This document shows, piece after piece, positions 8,037 to 17,221 of a stretch of 30,753 nucleotides of DNA (position 1 is its first letter; the number at the start of each line of letters is the position of its first letter). This DNA comes from a virus (Duplodnaviria > Caudoviricetes). The DNA is taken from IMG/VR virus record IMGVR_UViG_3300044580_000565, positions 1-30,753 of that record. One strand, written 5' to 3'. The notes below the pieces were generated by a model. That model saw only the letters and a program-made list of their open reading frames with translations, was not told where the DNA came from and did not search any database. A program made the position numbers and the translations under genes.

Positions 8037-8288
8037 GGACTACACCATTCCCCGCGGCAGGCAAATACAATCCAAAGAAAGGCAGTGATTGGGATATTCC
8101 GAAAGTCTGAACCGGTCCCAAAGTTCCCCTAGTACCCTCTTGAACGGTAACATCGTACGTCTCCAGTTTGAGCCCAAGAACCTTCGGGCGCAGGCATCCT
8201 TCAGAGGTTTCCCGCCGTTCTTCAAGCGACAGGTAGTGTGCTCCGAACGCCATCGCGCCCCCCAATCCCGGAAAATCCGGGTTGATAG

Positions 8289-8317
8289 AACGTACTGACT
8301 CACGTTCTCCATGTCAA
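8289..8317 (-). promoter_or_regulatory. Sigma70-type promoter (leftward) for the moron
   Basis: Minus strand TTGACA (8317-8312), 17-bp spacer, TACGTT (8294-8289). Confidence 0.7.
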
Positions 8318-8443
8318 ACGTATTTTCCATCCAATATCGGGCACCTAACTGTCTGGCATGACCCCGCCCACGTGCGTACAGTCAGACCGGACTCGAACAC
8401 CTCGAACTTCTTGCGCTTTGTCCCACACGCGAACGGAGGCGGC

Positions 8444-8980
8444 ATGGATCGGGGCAACGGGACCGGTTGGCTACCCTGGAGCGAACCTACCTACACGGGC
8501 AATCCAGAGGCATACGGTACGGCACGAGCCCGCAAGGCGCGGGCCGACCACCTCGCAGCAACGACCCCACTCTGGACGTGCCCCCGGTGCGGGGACACAT
8601 CGCCGGGCGTCACGGTCGCAGGCAGGCCGAGGAAGGCGTGCCGCCATCCGGCATGCAGGGCAGCGGCGATGGCAGCCACATCCCGAGACCAGGGGACGCA
8701 TCGCCAGCAGCACCTATCACCCGGGGCGGTCGCCGCGATCCGTGAAGCGTACTGGCAGGGCGTCATCGGCTACCGGACGCTAGCCGGGATGTATGGCTGC
8801 GACCGGACGACGATCCGGGACATCGTGACGGGACGGACGCATCGAGCCGATGCCTCCCCCCTCCCCCCGGCTAGGGTCCTAGGGGACGGCGGGCGCGGGC
8901 AGGTGCCTTGCGGAGCCCGGTCTTTGCCTAGCCACAACTCATTGAAATCGTTTGACAGGGGCAATGATGGCGAAGGCTGA
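8444..8980 (+). CDS. Zinc-finger + HTH protein upstream of the terminase
   Basis: GGAGG RBS, ATG 8444; CPRC...CRHPAC and LSPGAVAAIREAY...YRTLAGMYGCDRTTIRDIVTGRTH (HTH of the type found on phage HNH proteins). Confidence 0.65.
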   Translation: MDRGNGTGWLPWSEPTYTGNPEAYGTARARKARADHLAATTPLWTCPRCGDTSPGVTVAGRPRKACRHPACRAAAMAATSRDQGTHRQQHLSPGAVAAIREAYWQGVIGYRTLAGMYGCDRTTIRDIVTGRTHRADASPLPPARVLGDGGRGQVPCGARSLPSHNSLKSFDRGNDGEG

Positions 8981-9539
8981 TGGAACGGGCGCGCGCCCGA
9001 AATCGCAGAAGAAGATCGGGGTTTCAGCCGCCGAGGCCGCCCGTCAACTCGGAATCACGCGCCAAGCCATCTACGCGTGGAGCAAGGCGGGGTGGCTGGT
9101 CCGGCACCCAGACCGATCCGTGGACCTGGAAGCAACCCGGGCGCGGGTCGATGCGTACCGGCATCCGACGGTCGGCGGGAAACCGGATCGGGATCTCGGT
9201 CCCGCCCCGTCCTATTCGGACCCCGCGGACACCCCCGACGAACCCGACCCCGACGGGGACGGGGAGGACTACAAAGCCGCCCGCACTCGGCGGGAACGGG
9301 CGGCGGCGGACAAGGCGGAACTTGAAGCAGCCCGGATGCGCGGGGAACTCGTCCCGCTTGCCGACGCCACCGCCGCGTACACGTCGGAGATCGTCCGGGC
9401 GCGTGCGGAACTGGAAGCCCTACCGATCCGGGTTGCGCCCAAGCTCGTCGGGCAGACCGAGGAACGGGCGATCCGCGACATCCTCCGAACCGAGATCAAC
9501 CGCCTCCTGCAAGGATTGTCCGATGCCCCCGGCCTTTGA
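8964..9539 (+). CDS. Terminase small subunit (Nu1-like)
   Basis: N-terminal HTH (SAAEAARQLGITRQAIYAW), DYKAARTRRERAAADKAELEAARMRGELVP coiled coil; overlaps the large terminase start. Confidence 0.85.
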   Translation: MMAKADGTGARPKSQKKIGVSAAEAARQLGITRQAIYAWSKAGWLVRHPDRSVDLEATRARVDAYRHPTVGGKPDRDLGPAPSYSDPADTPDEPDPDGDGEDYKAARTRRERAAADKAELEAARMRGELVPLADATAAYTSEIVRARAELEALPIRVAPKLVGQTEERAIRDILRTEINRLLQGLSDAPGL

Positions 9540-11559
9540 CGCACGAATCACCGAGGCGATCCGCCGGGCGTGGGCTCCCCCGCCCGCCTTGTCCGTGTCC
9601 CAACTCGCGGAACGGCACCTGATTCTGTCCCCGGAGTACTCGAAGATCCGGGGACCGCTAGACCTGGACCTCTATCCCTACCTCCGCGAAATCCTCGACC
9701 GCTTGCACCCCGACGACCCGATCCGGACCGTCGCCTTTCGTGGGCACATCCAGGGCGGCAAGACGGTCGTGGCGATGGGCTGGCTCTCGGCAATCATCGC
9801 CGCGTTCCCCGCCCCGACCCTTTGGGTCACGGACACCGAATCAAAGGCAGAACTCTTCTCGAAGAAACGGTTCGACCTGATGGTCCGGGACAGCCCGACG
9901 CTCCACGAACGTGTCGCGGACCACAAATCCCGCAACAAAGACAACACACTCCTTCGCAAGACCTTCGCAGGCGGGGATCTCGACATCGTCGGCGCGCAGT
10001 CCGCGTCCCGCCTGACCTCGAACACGTACCGGTGGGTCGTCCTTGACGAGGTGGACGACCACCGCGAGAACGTGTCGCACGCGGGGTCCTCGATTGCCCT
10101 GGCGATGGGTCGTACGACAACCTACGGGGACCTGGCGAAAACTCTGATCGTCAGCAGCCCGAAGGTCAAAGGGGCGTCCGAAATCGACACTTGGCACGAC
10201 CGGGGAGACCGCCGGGTCTACCGGGTGCCGTGTGTCCGGTGCGGGGAACTTCAACCGCTGGAATTCCGGTCGCCCGCAGACGGCGGCGGCTACGAATACC
10301 GGCTCGTCTGGGACAAGGGCGACCCGTCCTCGGTCCACTATGTCTGCCGCTATTGCGGCGGGACCTTCGTGGAAACGGACAAGCCCCGGATCCTCCCCGC
10401 CGGGGAATGGACGGCAACGACGACCGCGATTGATCCGACGGTCACGTCCTACGGGCTCAACTGCCTCTACCTGCCTTTGGGCGGCTACGGGTGGGCGGAC
10501 CTAGCCCGGCAATGGGAATCCGCGATGGCAAGGCTGCGAGCGGGCGACCCTGACGAACACCGGACGGTCATCAATACCCGGCTTGCCGAGTCATACGAAA
10601 CGCCGGGGGACACCCTCGACGCCCACGCCTTGTCTCGCCTCGTCGAACCTGATTGGGGCGAGCGCATCCCCGCCGGGGTCCGGGTGATTACGTGCGGGAC
10701 GGACGTACAGGACGACCGAATCGAGACCATCACCATCGGCTGGGGCAACGGCTGGGAAGTCTGGATCCTCGACTACAACGTCATCCTGTCCGATCCCCGG
10801 ATGGCTGACGCCTGGGCACGTCATGACGACTTGACCCGCCGCGAATACCTGACGGCGGACGGGCGGCGGCTTCGTCCGGCAGCGACGTGCGTGGATAGCG
10901 GGTTCCTTCCGCAAAGGGTCCTCGAATACACGCAGGACCGCCGCCGCCGGGGTGTCTACGCGGTCAAGGGGATGGACCTGCGGGGGGCGATCTGGGACAA
11001 GAAGATCCGAAAGACCCGGACCAAGACCAAGCAGGGGATCTTCTACGCGGTCCGCACGGTCAGCGCAAAAGATGATCTTGCCGCCGCTTTGCGAGTGACG
11101 GAACCCGGTCCCCGATACGTCCACATCCCCGACCGGGTTCTCAAACTGCACCCGGACTTCCTGCGACAACTGGCATCGGAACGCCGGGTCAAGACGCGGG
11201 ACCGTCGGGGACGCGATCAAATCTCGTGGGAGAAGGTCACGGCCCATGCCCGCAACGAGGCGTGGGATGCGTTCGTCTATGCCCTCGCCGCCGCCCATTC
11301 CTTGACGATGGGCGGGCTTCGTCTTGACGCCCCCGCCATCTCGGCAACCGCCACGCCAACGTACGGCAAACCGACAGCAACCGCCGCCCCGAACGTAGAA
11401 CCAGGAGCCGCCGATACATCCGAACACAACTGGCACCCCGCCGATCCCCCTGGCGACCCTGCACCCAGGGGAGCCCCCCGCAGACCGCGACCCCCGGCCC
11501 CTACCAAGGACGGATGGCTCACGGGCGGACGCACCGGTCGAACCGGTCGCTGGCTTTGA
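9523..11559 (+). CDS. Terminase large subunit, lambda GpA family
   Basis: PYLREILD, Walker A variant HIQGGKT, Walker B VVLDEVD, VSSP, CxxC...CxxC, GTDVQDDR, VDSG, YAVKG, RNEAWDAFVYA; ATG 9523. Confidence 0.96.
   Translation: MPPAFDARITEAIRRAWAPPPALSVSQLAERHLILSPEYSKIRGPLDLDLYPYLREILDRLHPDDPIRTVAFRGHIQGGKTVVAMGWLSAIIAAFPAPTLWVTDTESKAELFSKKRFDLMVRDSPTLHERVADHKSRNKDNTLLRKTFAGGDLDIVGAQSASRLTSNTYRWVVLDEVDDHRENVSHAGSSIALAMGRTTTYGDLAKTLIVSSPKVKGASEIDTWHDRGDRRVYRVPCVRCGELQPLEFRSPADGGGYEYRLVWDKGDPSSVHYVCRYCGGTFVETDKPRILPAGEWTATTTAIDPTVTSYGLNCLYLPLGGYGWADLARQWESAMARLRAGDPDEHRTVINTRLAESYETPGDTLDAHALSRLVEPDWGERIPAGVRVITCGTDVQDDRIETITIGWGNGWEVWILDYNVILSDPRMADAWARHDDLTRREYLTADGRRLRPAATCVDSGFLPQRVLEYTQDRRRRGVYAVKGMDLRGAIWDKKIRKTRTKTKQGIFYAVRTVSAKDDLAAALRVTEPGPRYVHIPDRVLKLHPDFLRQLASERRVKTRDRRGRDQISWEKVTAHARNEAWDAFVYALAAAHSLTMGGLRLDAPAISATATPTYGKPTATAAPNVEPGAADTSEHNWHPADPPGDPAPRGAPRRPRPPAPTKDGWLTGGRTGRTGRWL
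11419..11461 (+). repeat. 43-bp exact direct repeat, copy 1
   Basis: TCCGAACACAACTGGCACCCCGCCGATCCCCCTGGCGACCCTG, identical to 13308-13350. Confidence 0.95.
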
Positions 11560-11580
11560 CGGCTCCCCGGACGGGGGCCG

Positions 11581-11784
11581 ATGGCATTCACCAGCGAAGA
11601 ACTCGATGACCTGAAAGCCGCGTATGCCGCCGGGGTCACGTCCGTCCGCCACGCATCCGGGCATTCCGTCACGTACGCAAGCCTCGAAGACCTGTGGGCT
11701 GCGATCCAGCGCATCGAGCGGTCCCTGATCCCCCGGTCCCGCCGCGTCACCCACGGCGTCATCCGTTTCCGGAGGGACGCCTGA
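11581..11784 (+). CDS. Head-tail joining protein, gpW-like
   Basis: 67 aa MAFTSEELDDLKAAYAAGVTSVRH...VTYASLEDL between terminase and portal. Confidence 0.88.
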   Translation: MAFTSEELDDLKAAYAAGVTSVRHASGHSVTYASLEDLWAAIQRIERSLIPRSRRVTHGVIRFRRDA

Positions 11785-13304
11785 TGGGACGTTTCGCGGA
11801 CGCCTGGCACGTACTGACTACCAAGGACACCCGCCGTTCCCTCCCCCCATCGGCCGGTCGCCGGCCCGGCCGGGCGCGTGCCTACGAGGGCGCGGCTCTC
11901 GGCCGGGCCGACGGCTGGCTTGGGTCCGGGAATGATCCGGTCAACGAAATCGGGCGCGATCTCGTCCGCCTGCGGATGCGGTCCCGGGACCTCGTACAGA
12001 ACAACCCCTATGCCCGCCGGATCGTGGACGCCTTCGCCAACGCCATCGTCGCAAGCGGAATCCGCCCGACGGTCAACACGGGCGATCCCGACCTTGACGC
12101 CAGGGTCTACGCCCTCTGGGACGCCTGGGGTCGGGCACCGGTCCCTGGTTCGCGGATGACGATCTACGGTGTCCAGCGCCTTCTGTGCCGCGCCTGGATG
12201 ACCGACGGCGAAGCCCTTCTGCGATTCCGCCCCCGATACAAGACCGACATGCCGGGGATGCCACCGCTGAAGCTGCAACCCGTTGAAGCCGACCTTCTGC
12301 CGACGGACAAGACCGAAGCCGTCGGCCTGAACCGCATCTATTCCGGGATCGAATTCGACCCCTTGGGCGAAGTCGTCCGCTACCACATGCTGCGCGAGCA
12401 CCCCGGGGCGGCGTTGCCTTTCGGCGGCGTGTCCTACGACACGATCCCCGTCGCCGCCTCGCAGGTCGTCCACCTGTTCCGCCCCGAACGTCCCGGGCAG
12501 GTCCGGGGCGTCCCGGTGCTTGCCCCCGTCATCCTGTCGCTATGGGATCTCGCCGGGTACGGCGAGGCGATCCGGGTCGGCACCCGGGCAGCGGCAACGC
12601 TGGTTGCTACCGTGACCGGCGGGGACGAAGAAGACCCGCCGGACGGGCTGGCGAATGAAACCGATGACGCCGGGAACGTCGTCACGGACGCCTGGGGCAA
12701 TCCGATTGAAGGATTGACCCCGGGCACCGTGCTTTATGCCCCGCCCGGCAAGACGATTGCCGTTCATTCCCCGCAACCCCCGTCGGGCGTCGCTGACTAC
12801 ATCAACGCCTGCCTGCATGAAGTCGCCGCCGGGGTCGGGCTGTCGTACCACGTTCTTTCTGGCGACATGAGCGATTCGTCCTTCGCGCAAGCCCGCCTCG
12901 GGCTGATCGAGCAGGCGAAGAACGTCGCCGCCCTGCGGGAAGCCGATTTCGTCCCGACCGCCCTGGACCCGATCTGGCAGGCCTTCATCAACGCCGCGAT
13001 CCTTGCCGATCTGCTGCCCGACCGCCCCTACCCCGTCCGCTGGTCTGCCCCGAAGCAACAGTCCGCCGACCGACTGGACGAAGCCCGGGCGGCGATGCTC
13101 GAAATGCGGCTGGGTCTTCGGTCCCGCCCCGAAATCATCGAGGCGGACGGCCGCGACCCCGACGACGTGAATGCCGAGATCGCCGCCGACCGGGAAGCCC
13201 GGGAAGCCCTCGGCATCGTGTCCGACGGCGACCCGTCGCAAGTCACCATGTCGGGTGCCATCCAAGCCGTCCAGGCCGTGTCCGAAAAAACCGAAAAGCC
13301 CTGA
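11784..13304 (+). CDS. Portal protein, lambda family
   Basis: RAYEGAA, LRMRSRDLVQNNPYA, GIEFDPLG, RPGQVRGVP, VAAGVGLSY..LSGD.S..SF...RLGL; TGATG coupling to gpW. Confidence 0.96.
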   Translation: MGRFADAWHVLTTKDTRRSLPPSAGRRPGRARAYEGAALGRADGWLGSGNDPVNEIGRDLVRLRMRSRDLVQNNPYARRIVDAFANAIVASGIRPTVNTGDPDLDARVYALWDAWGRAPVPGSRMTIYGVQRLLCRAWMTDGEALLRFRPRYKTDMPGMPPLKLQPVEADLLPTDKTEAVGLNRIYSGIEFDPLGEVVRYHMLREHPGAALPFGGVSYDTIPVAASQVVHLFRPERPGQVRGVPVLAPVILSLWDLAGYGEAIRVGTRAAATLVATVTGGDEEDPPDGLANETDDAGNVVTDAWGNPIEGLTPGTVLYAPPGKTIAVHSPQPPSGVADYINACLHEVAAGVGLSYHVLSGDMSDSSFAQARLGLIEQAKNVAALREADFVPTALDPIWQAFINAAILADLLPDRPYPVRWSAPKQQSADRLDEARAAMLEMRLGLRSRPEIIEADGRDPDDVNAEIAADREAREALGIVSDGDPSQVTMSGAIQAVQAVSEKTEKP

Positions 13305-13307
13305 AAG

Positions 13308-13350
13308 TCCGAACACAACTGGCACCCCGCCGATCCCCCTGGCGACCCTG
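13308..13350 (+). repeat. 43-bp exact direct repeat, copy 2
   Basis: Fills the portal-protease/capsid intergenic space; identical to 11419-11461. Confidence 0.95.
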
Positions 13351-13369
13351 ACGCCAGGAGGTGACCCGG

Positions 13370-15298
13370 ATGCCCGATACCGCCTCGAAGCCCCTGATCC
13401 GCGACGGACAACCCCTGCTCACCCGCGCATCCCAGGTCCGGGCCGCCTCCTACAACCCCGAAACCCGAACGGTCCTCGTCAGCCTCGGTACGGGCGCACC
13501 CGTCGAGCGGTTCGACTGGCGGACCGGGCAGACCTACATCGAAATCCTCTCCCTCGAACCCGGTGCCATCCGCCTTGACCGCCTGAACGGCGGGGCCGCC
13601 TTCCTCGAATCGCACAACCAGGCCGACGTGAAAGCCGTTGTTGGGCGCTTTGTGAAGGGCTCCGTCCGCATCGAGGACGGCGAACTGGTTGGCGAAGTCC
13701 GGCTGTCCCGGGCTGCCCGCCACGCAGACACCGTCGCGGACATCATCGACGGAATCCTCGGGTCAACGTCCGTCGGGTACGTGGTCCACCGGTGGGACAT
13801 CACCCGGGACGAAGACACCGGCATCGAAACCCGCACGGCGTCTGACTGGGAACCCCACGAGGGAAGCGTGGTCCCGGTCCCCGCCGACCCGACCGGCGGC
13901 ATCCGCAGCCCTGATCCCGCCCACCCAACGAACACCGCCCCCGACCCCGATGGGCCGGCGACGCGCACTGCACCCCCCAAGGAGGAACCCCCGATGTCCA
14001 TGCAGAACGAAGACGCCCTGCGGGCAGCCCGCGAGGAAGGAGCCCGTGCCGAGGCAGCCAGACAGACGGAAATCCGGGCTGCCGCGATGAAGGTCGGGCT
14101 GAACGACGCGGACATCCGCTCGATGCTCGACGATGCCGCCGTCACCCCGGATGCCGCACGCGCCCAGATCCTCGACCTGATCGCCGAACGGGCGACGAAG
14201 ACCGAGGTCCGCGCCCAGGTCAATACCGGCGTGACCCGCGACGAGGGCGACAACCAGATCCGCGCCCTGGCGAACGCCGTCGAGGTCAAGATCGGCGCGT
14301 CCTCGGTTGCGGACTACGCCCGGGGCGTTGCCGGGATGCGCATCCCCGAACTCGCCCGGAACTACCTCCGGCTTCGGGGCATCCACACCGAGGGGCGTTC
14401 GGACCGCGAGGTCTGCGACATCGCCCTCCGCGCCCCGGCCGCGCACTCCACCTCGGATTTCTCGGCGATCTTCTCGAACGCCCTGAACAAGAAGCTCCAG
14501 GCGGCTTACACGCTGTCGAGCGACTACACCTGGTGGCGCGATATCGCGACCCGCCAGGATTTCACCGATGACCGCCCCCGTCGGATCGTGTCCGTGTCCG
14601 GCCTCGGCGTCCTGCCAACTATCACGGAAGGGTCCGAGTACCAGGGCCTCACCCAGTACGACGCATACGAGGAGATCGAGCCGGAAAAGAAGGGCGGCGA
14701 ATTCCGGTTGACCCTGGAGATGATGACCCGGGATGACCTGTCTGCCTTCGCCCGGCAAAGCCTCGAATTCGCGAAGTCCTGCCAGTACACCGAACACACG
14801 ATGGCGCTGGCGGCCCTGACCGCGAACATGTCGGACGGGAAGGCCGTTTGCCACGCGGACCACAACAACCTGTCCACCAGCGGCGGGGCACCGGACATCA
14901 CCAAGATCGCCGAACTCGACGCGATGCTCCGGGCGCAGACTGACGGCAATGGTCACGTCATCGGAAAGGGCGGCACCATCGGCCTGTTCCCGGTCGCGCA
15001 GAAGGTCACGGTCGAGCAGATGTACTCGGACCGGGTTGCCTACACCGACCCGGCTGACGCTCCGACCGTCCCCCTGTCCGCCTCCAATCGCCGGTACGTC
15101 CCCGGCCTGACCACCCGCTACTTCCTCATCACGGGCGACCCCCTGGCGATGGAGTACGGCTGGGTCGGCACCGACGGCGGCCCCGTCGTCACGCAGCACC
15201 CCGAGTACCACAACGATTCTGTCGTCTTCCACGGCCGCGACTGGTTCGGGATCGGGTGCGTGAAGTTCCGCGATTTCGCCTGCAACCCCGGCGCGTGA
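13370..15298 (+). CDS. Prohead protease / scaffold / major capsid protein fusion
   Basis: N-terminal HK97-type protease motifs (FLESHN, TSVGY, EGSVVPVPADP), Ala/Glu-rich scaffold linker, capsid part starting HSTSDF...NK.L..AY; AGGAGG RBS. Confidence 0.92.
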   Translation: MPDTASKPLIRDGQPLLTRASQVRAASYNPETRTVLVSLGTGAPVERFDWRTGQTYIEILSLEPGAIRLDRLNGGAAFLESHNQADVKAVVGRFVKGSVRIEDGELVGEVRLSRAARHADTVADIIDGILGSTSVGYVVHRWDITRDEDTGIETRTASDWEPHEGSVVPVPADPTGGIRSPDPAHPTNTAPDPDGPATRTAPPKEEPPMSMQNEDALRAAREEGARAEAARQTEIRAAAMKVGLNDADIRSMLDDAAVTPDAARAQILDLIAERATKTEVRAQVNTGVTRDEGDNQIRALANAVEVKIGASSVADYARGVAGMRIPELARNYLRLRGIHTEGRSDREVCDIALRAPAAHSTSDFSAIFSNALNKKLQAAYTLSSDYTWWRDIATRQDFTDDRPRRIVSVSGLGVLPTITEGSEYQGLTQYDAYEEIEPEKKGGEFRLTLEMMTRDDLSAFARQSLEFAKSCQYTEHTMALAALTANMSDGKAVCHADHNNLSTSGGAPDITKIAELDAMLRAQTDGNGHVIGKGGTIGLFPVAQKVTVEQMYSDRVAYTDPADAPTVPLSASNRRYVPGLTTRYFLITGDPLAMEYGWVGTDGGPVVTQHPEYHNDSVVFHGRDWFGIGCVKFRDFACNPGA

Positions 15299-15325
15299 TG
15301 ACCCGTTGACCCGTCTTCCGGAAGC

Positions 15326-15351
15326 CCCCGGGGGTGTCCGCACCCCCGGGG
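15326..15351. other. GC-rich hairpin after the capsid gene (mRNA stabiliser or weak terminator)
   Basis: CCCCGGGGGTG-TCCG-CACCCCCGGGG 11-bp stem, no U-tract. Confidence 0.55.
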
Positions 15352-15383
15352 CGACCCGGATGTGAAAACCCCGGAGGCCCCGA

Positions 15384-16379
15384 ATGCGCAATTACCTGTC
15401 GAAAGGCGACATCGTGACGCGGACCGCCCCGGTCGGCGGCGTCACGTCTGGCGTTCCATTCATTCTCGGATCCGAATTCCTCGTTCCGGTCGCCACCGCG
15501 ACGGCGGGGGTTGACGTTGCCTGCGTCAAGCAAGGGAAGGTCCGCCTCGATGCCCATTCGGGCGATGTCTGGACGGCCGGATCGAAGGTCTTCTTCAACG
15601 CGACCAGCGGCGAATGCGAGGCAACCGACGCCGACGACAACTATCTGATCGGCACGGCCGAAGGGGCGCAGTCCGGCGGAACGGTCGATGTCGTCCTGTC
15701 CGGTATCCCGCTCGCTGGCGACGGGGCAGACCTCGACGCAAAGGCCGACAAGACGGTTCCGACGGCGGCTGGCAACGTCGCGGTCCTGACTGCCGGCGGC
15801 AACCTCGAAGACTCCGAAGTCGCCCTCGATGACCTCGCCCTCGCGGAGGATTTCACGGGTGACGCTGGCGCTGGTGGAGAAGCGGGACTCGTCCCGGCCC
15901 CTGCGGCGGGCGACTCGGCGGCTGGCAAGTACCTTGCGGCCGATGGCTCGTGGTCAACGCCCCCGGCTGGCGGACTGACCGAGGTTGCCCCGGAAGACCT
16001 TTCGGATGCAGACGGGAGCGGTTTCGCAATCCCGCTGGTCCTTTCGGCAACCCTCGAAGCCGGGGTCGGCGGAAACCCCGACGACGTGCAAGTCTACGCC
16101 GTCGATACGCTCCCCTTCCCCTTCGTCGTCTTCAAGGTCGAGGCCGCGTACACGGCCGGGCACGGTGTCGGCCAGTCCCTCGAAATCCGCACGGCGGCAG
16201 GGGGTCTCGGAACCCTCGTTGCGACCGTCGGCGCGGAGGACTCCGACGACCAGGTGCTCATCGCGGACCCCGATGCCGTCATCCCCGGTGAAACCGCCGG
16301 CCTTTTCGTCCGCCGTTCCGACGACGCCCTCGCAGGCGTCGTTGTCCTGCACGCCGCCAAGGTCGCGTCCGGAGTGTAA
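15384..16379 (+). CDS. DUF2190-family head decoration protein with long fibre-like C-terminal extension
   Basis: MRNYLSKGDIVTRTAPVGGVTSG...G.KVFFN matches DUF2190 over ~107 aa; then KADK..GNVAVL, GLVPAPAAGD..KYLAADGSW motifs seen in phage fibres. Confidence 0.8.
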   Translation: MRNYLSKGDIVTRTAPVGGVTSGVPFILGSEFLVPVATATAGVDVACVKQGKVRLDAHSGDVWTAGSKVFFNATSGECEATDADDNYLIGTAEGAQSGGTVDVVLSGIPLAGDGADLDAKADKTVPTAAGNVAVLTAGGNLEDSEVALDDLALAEDFTGDAGAGGEAGLVPAPAAGDSAAGKYLAADGSWSTPPAGGLTEVAPEDLSDADGSGFAIPLVLSATLEAGVGGNPDDVQVYAVDTLPFPFVVFKVEAAYTAGHGVGQSLEIRTAAGGLGTLVATVGAEDSDDQVLIADPDAVIPGETAGLFVRRSDDALAGVVVLHAAKVASGV

Positions 16380-16382
16380 GCG

Positions 16383-16700
16383 ATGGGTTGGATTGCCCTA
16401 CAGGACAGGATGATCAGGACGATCCGGGACCGCTTCGGTGTGCCCGCGACCTGCACCCTGAAAGGCACAACCACCCCTATCCCCATCACGGTCGTCTTCG
16501 ACCGCGCCCACCAGGAACAGGCGTTTGAGGACGGGATCGTCGTTTCCGTGACCCGCCCCGTTGCGACCGTCCATGACGCCGATCTGCCCCGCCCCCCGAA
16601 GGCCGGGGATGTCTACGTCATCGGCGACACGGCCTGGGAAGTCAGCGACGCACAACCAGAAGGCTGCGGTTCGACCCGCTGCTACGTCACGGAGGCATGA
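16383..16700 (+). CDS. Head-tail joining / head closure protein
   Basis: 105 aa beta-rich protein (ITVVFDRAH...RPVATV...GDVYVIGDTAWEV) in the conserved position. Confidence 0.75.
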   Translation: MGWIALQDRMIRTIRDRFGVPATCTLKGTTTPIPITVVFDRAHQEQAFEDGIVVSVTRPVATVHDADLPRPPKAGDVYVIGDTAWEVSDAQPEGCGSTRCYVTEA

Positions 16701-17221
16701 CGATGGCAGCAGCAACGGACATCCGGACTGCCTTCATCGGACTACTGACCGACGCCGGAATCGGGACCGTCTTCGACACCCTGACGATCCCCCTCGAATC
16801 CGACGACCTGCCCGCCGTCATCGTGTACGGCACGGCGACAACCCCGACCCGGACCTCCCGCACGTCGCAGACCTACGGTGCCCGCTACCGGATCGCCGTC
16901 CAGGTCACGACCGATGCGGCATCGGACGAAGCCCTCGGGGCAGCGTTGGACACGTTCGAGGCAGCCGTCTTGAACGCCGTCCTTCCGTCCGCCGAAGCCC
17001 TGATCGACGGGATCGAATCCTGCGATTGGACAGGCAGCGAAAAGGGACGGGACGCGGAAGCCGACCGCCGCCGGGGTTCCGTCGTCGTGACGTTCGAGGT
17101 TGCCGTCGCCGAGGTGTTCGAGCCCGGCGGGATGCTGTCCTTCGATGCCGTCCGCGTGACCGCCGACCCAGACCCGATCAACCCGAACCGCCCGCAGACG
17201 GGATGGGAGGGCAATCCATGA
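16697..17221 (+). CDS. Tail terminator / tail completion-like protein
   Basis: IR..F..LL, DDLPAVIVY motif; position between head closure and sheath. Confidence 0.6.
   Translation: MTMAAATDIRTAFIGLLTDAGIGTVFDTLTIPLESDDLPAVIVYGTATTPTRTSRTSQTYGARYRIAVQVTTDAASDEALGAALDTFEAAVLNAVLPSAEALIDGIESCDWTGSEKGRDAEADRRRGSVVVTFEVAVAEVFEPGGMLSFDAVRVTADPDPINPNRPQTGWEGNP

Noticed and set aside
8040-8330. 96-aa minus-strand ORF as a real gene
   Set aside because: Its 5' end overlaps the consensus leftward promoter (8289-8317) and the protein has no recognisable features
8980-9522. N-terminal extension of the large terminase (859-aa ORF call)
   Set aside because: Overlaps the small terminase in another frame; GpA similarity begins at ATG 9523
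11430-11446. Sigma54 promoter within the 43-bp repeat (CTGGCAC)
   Set aside because: The -24 element matches but the required GC at -12 is absent (AT instead)
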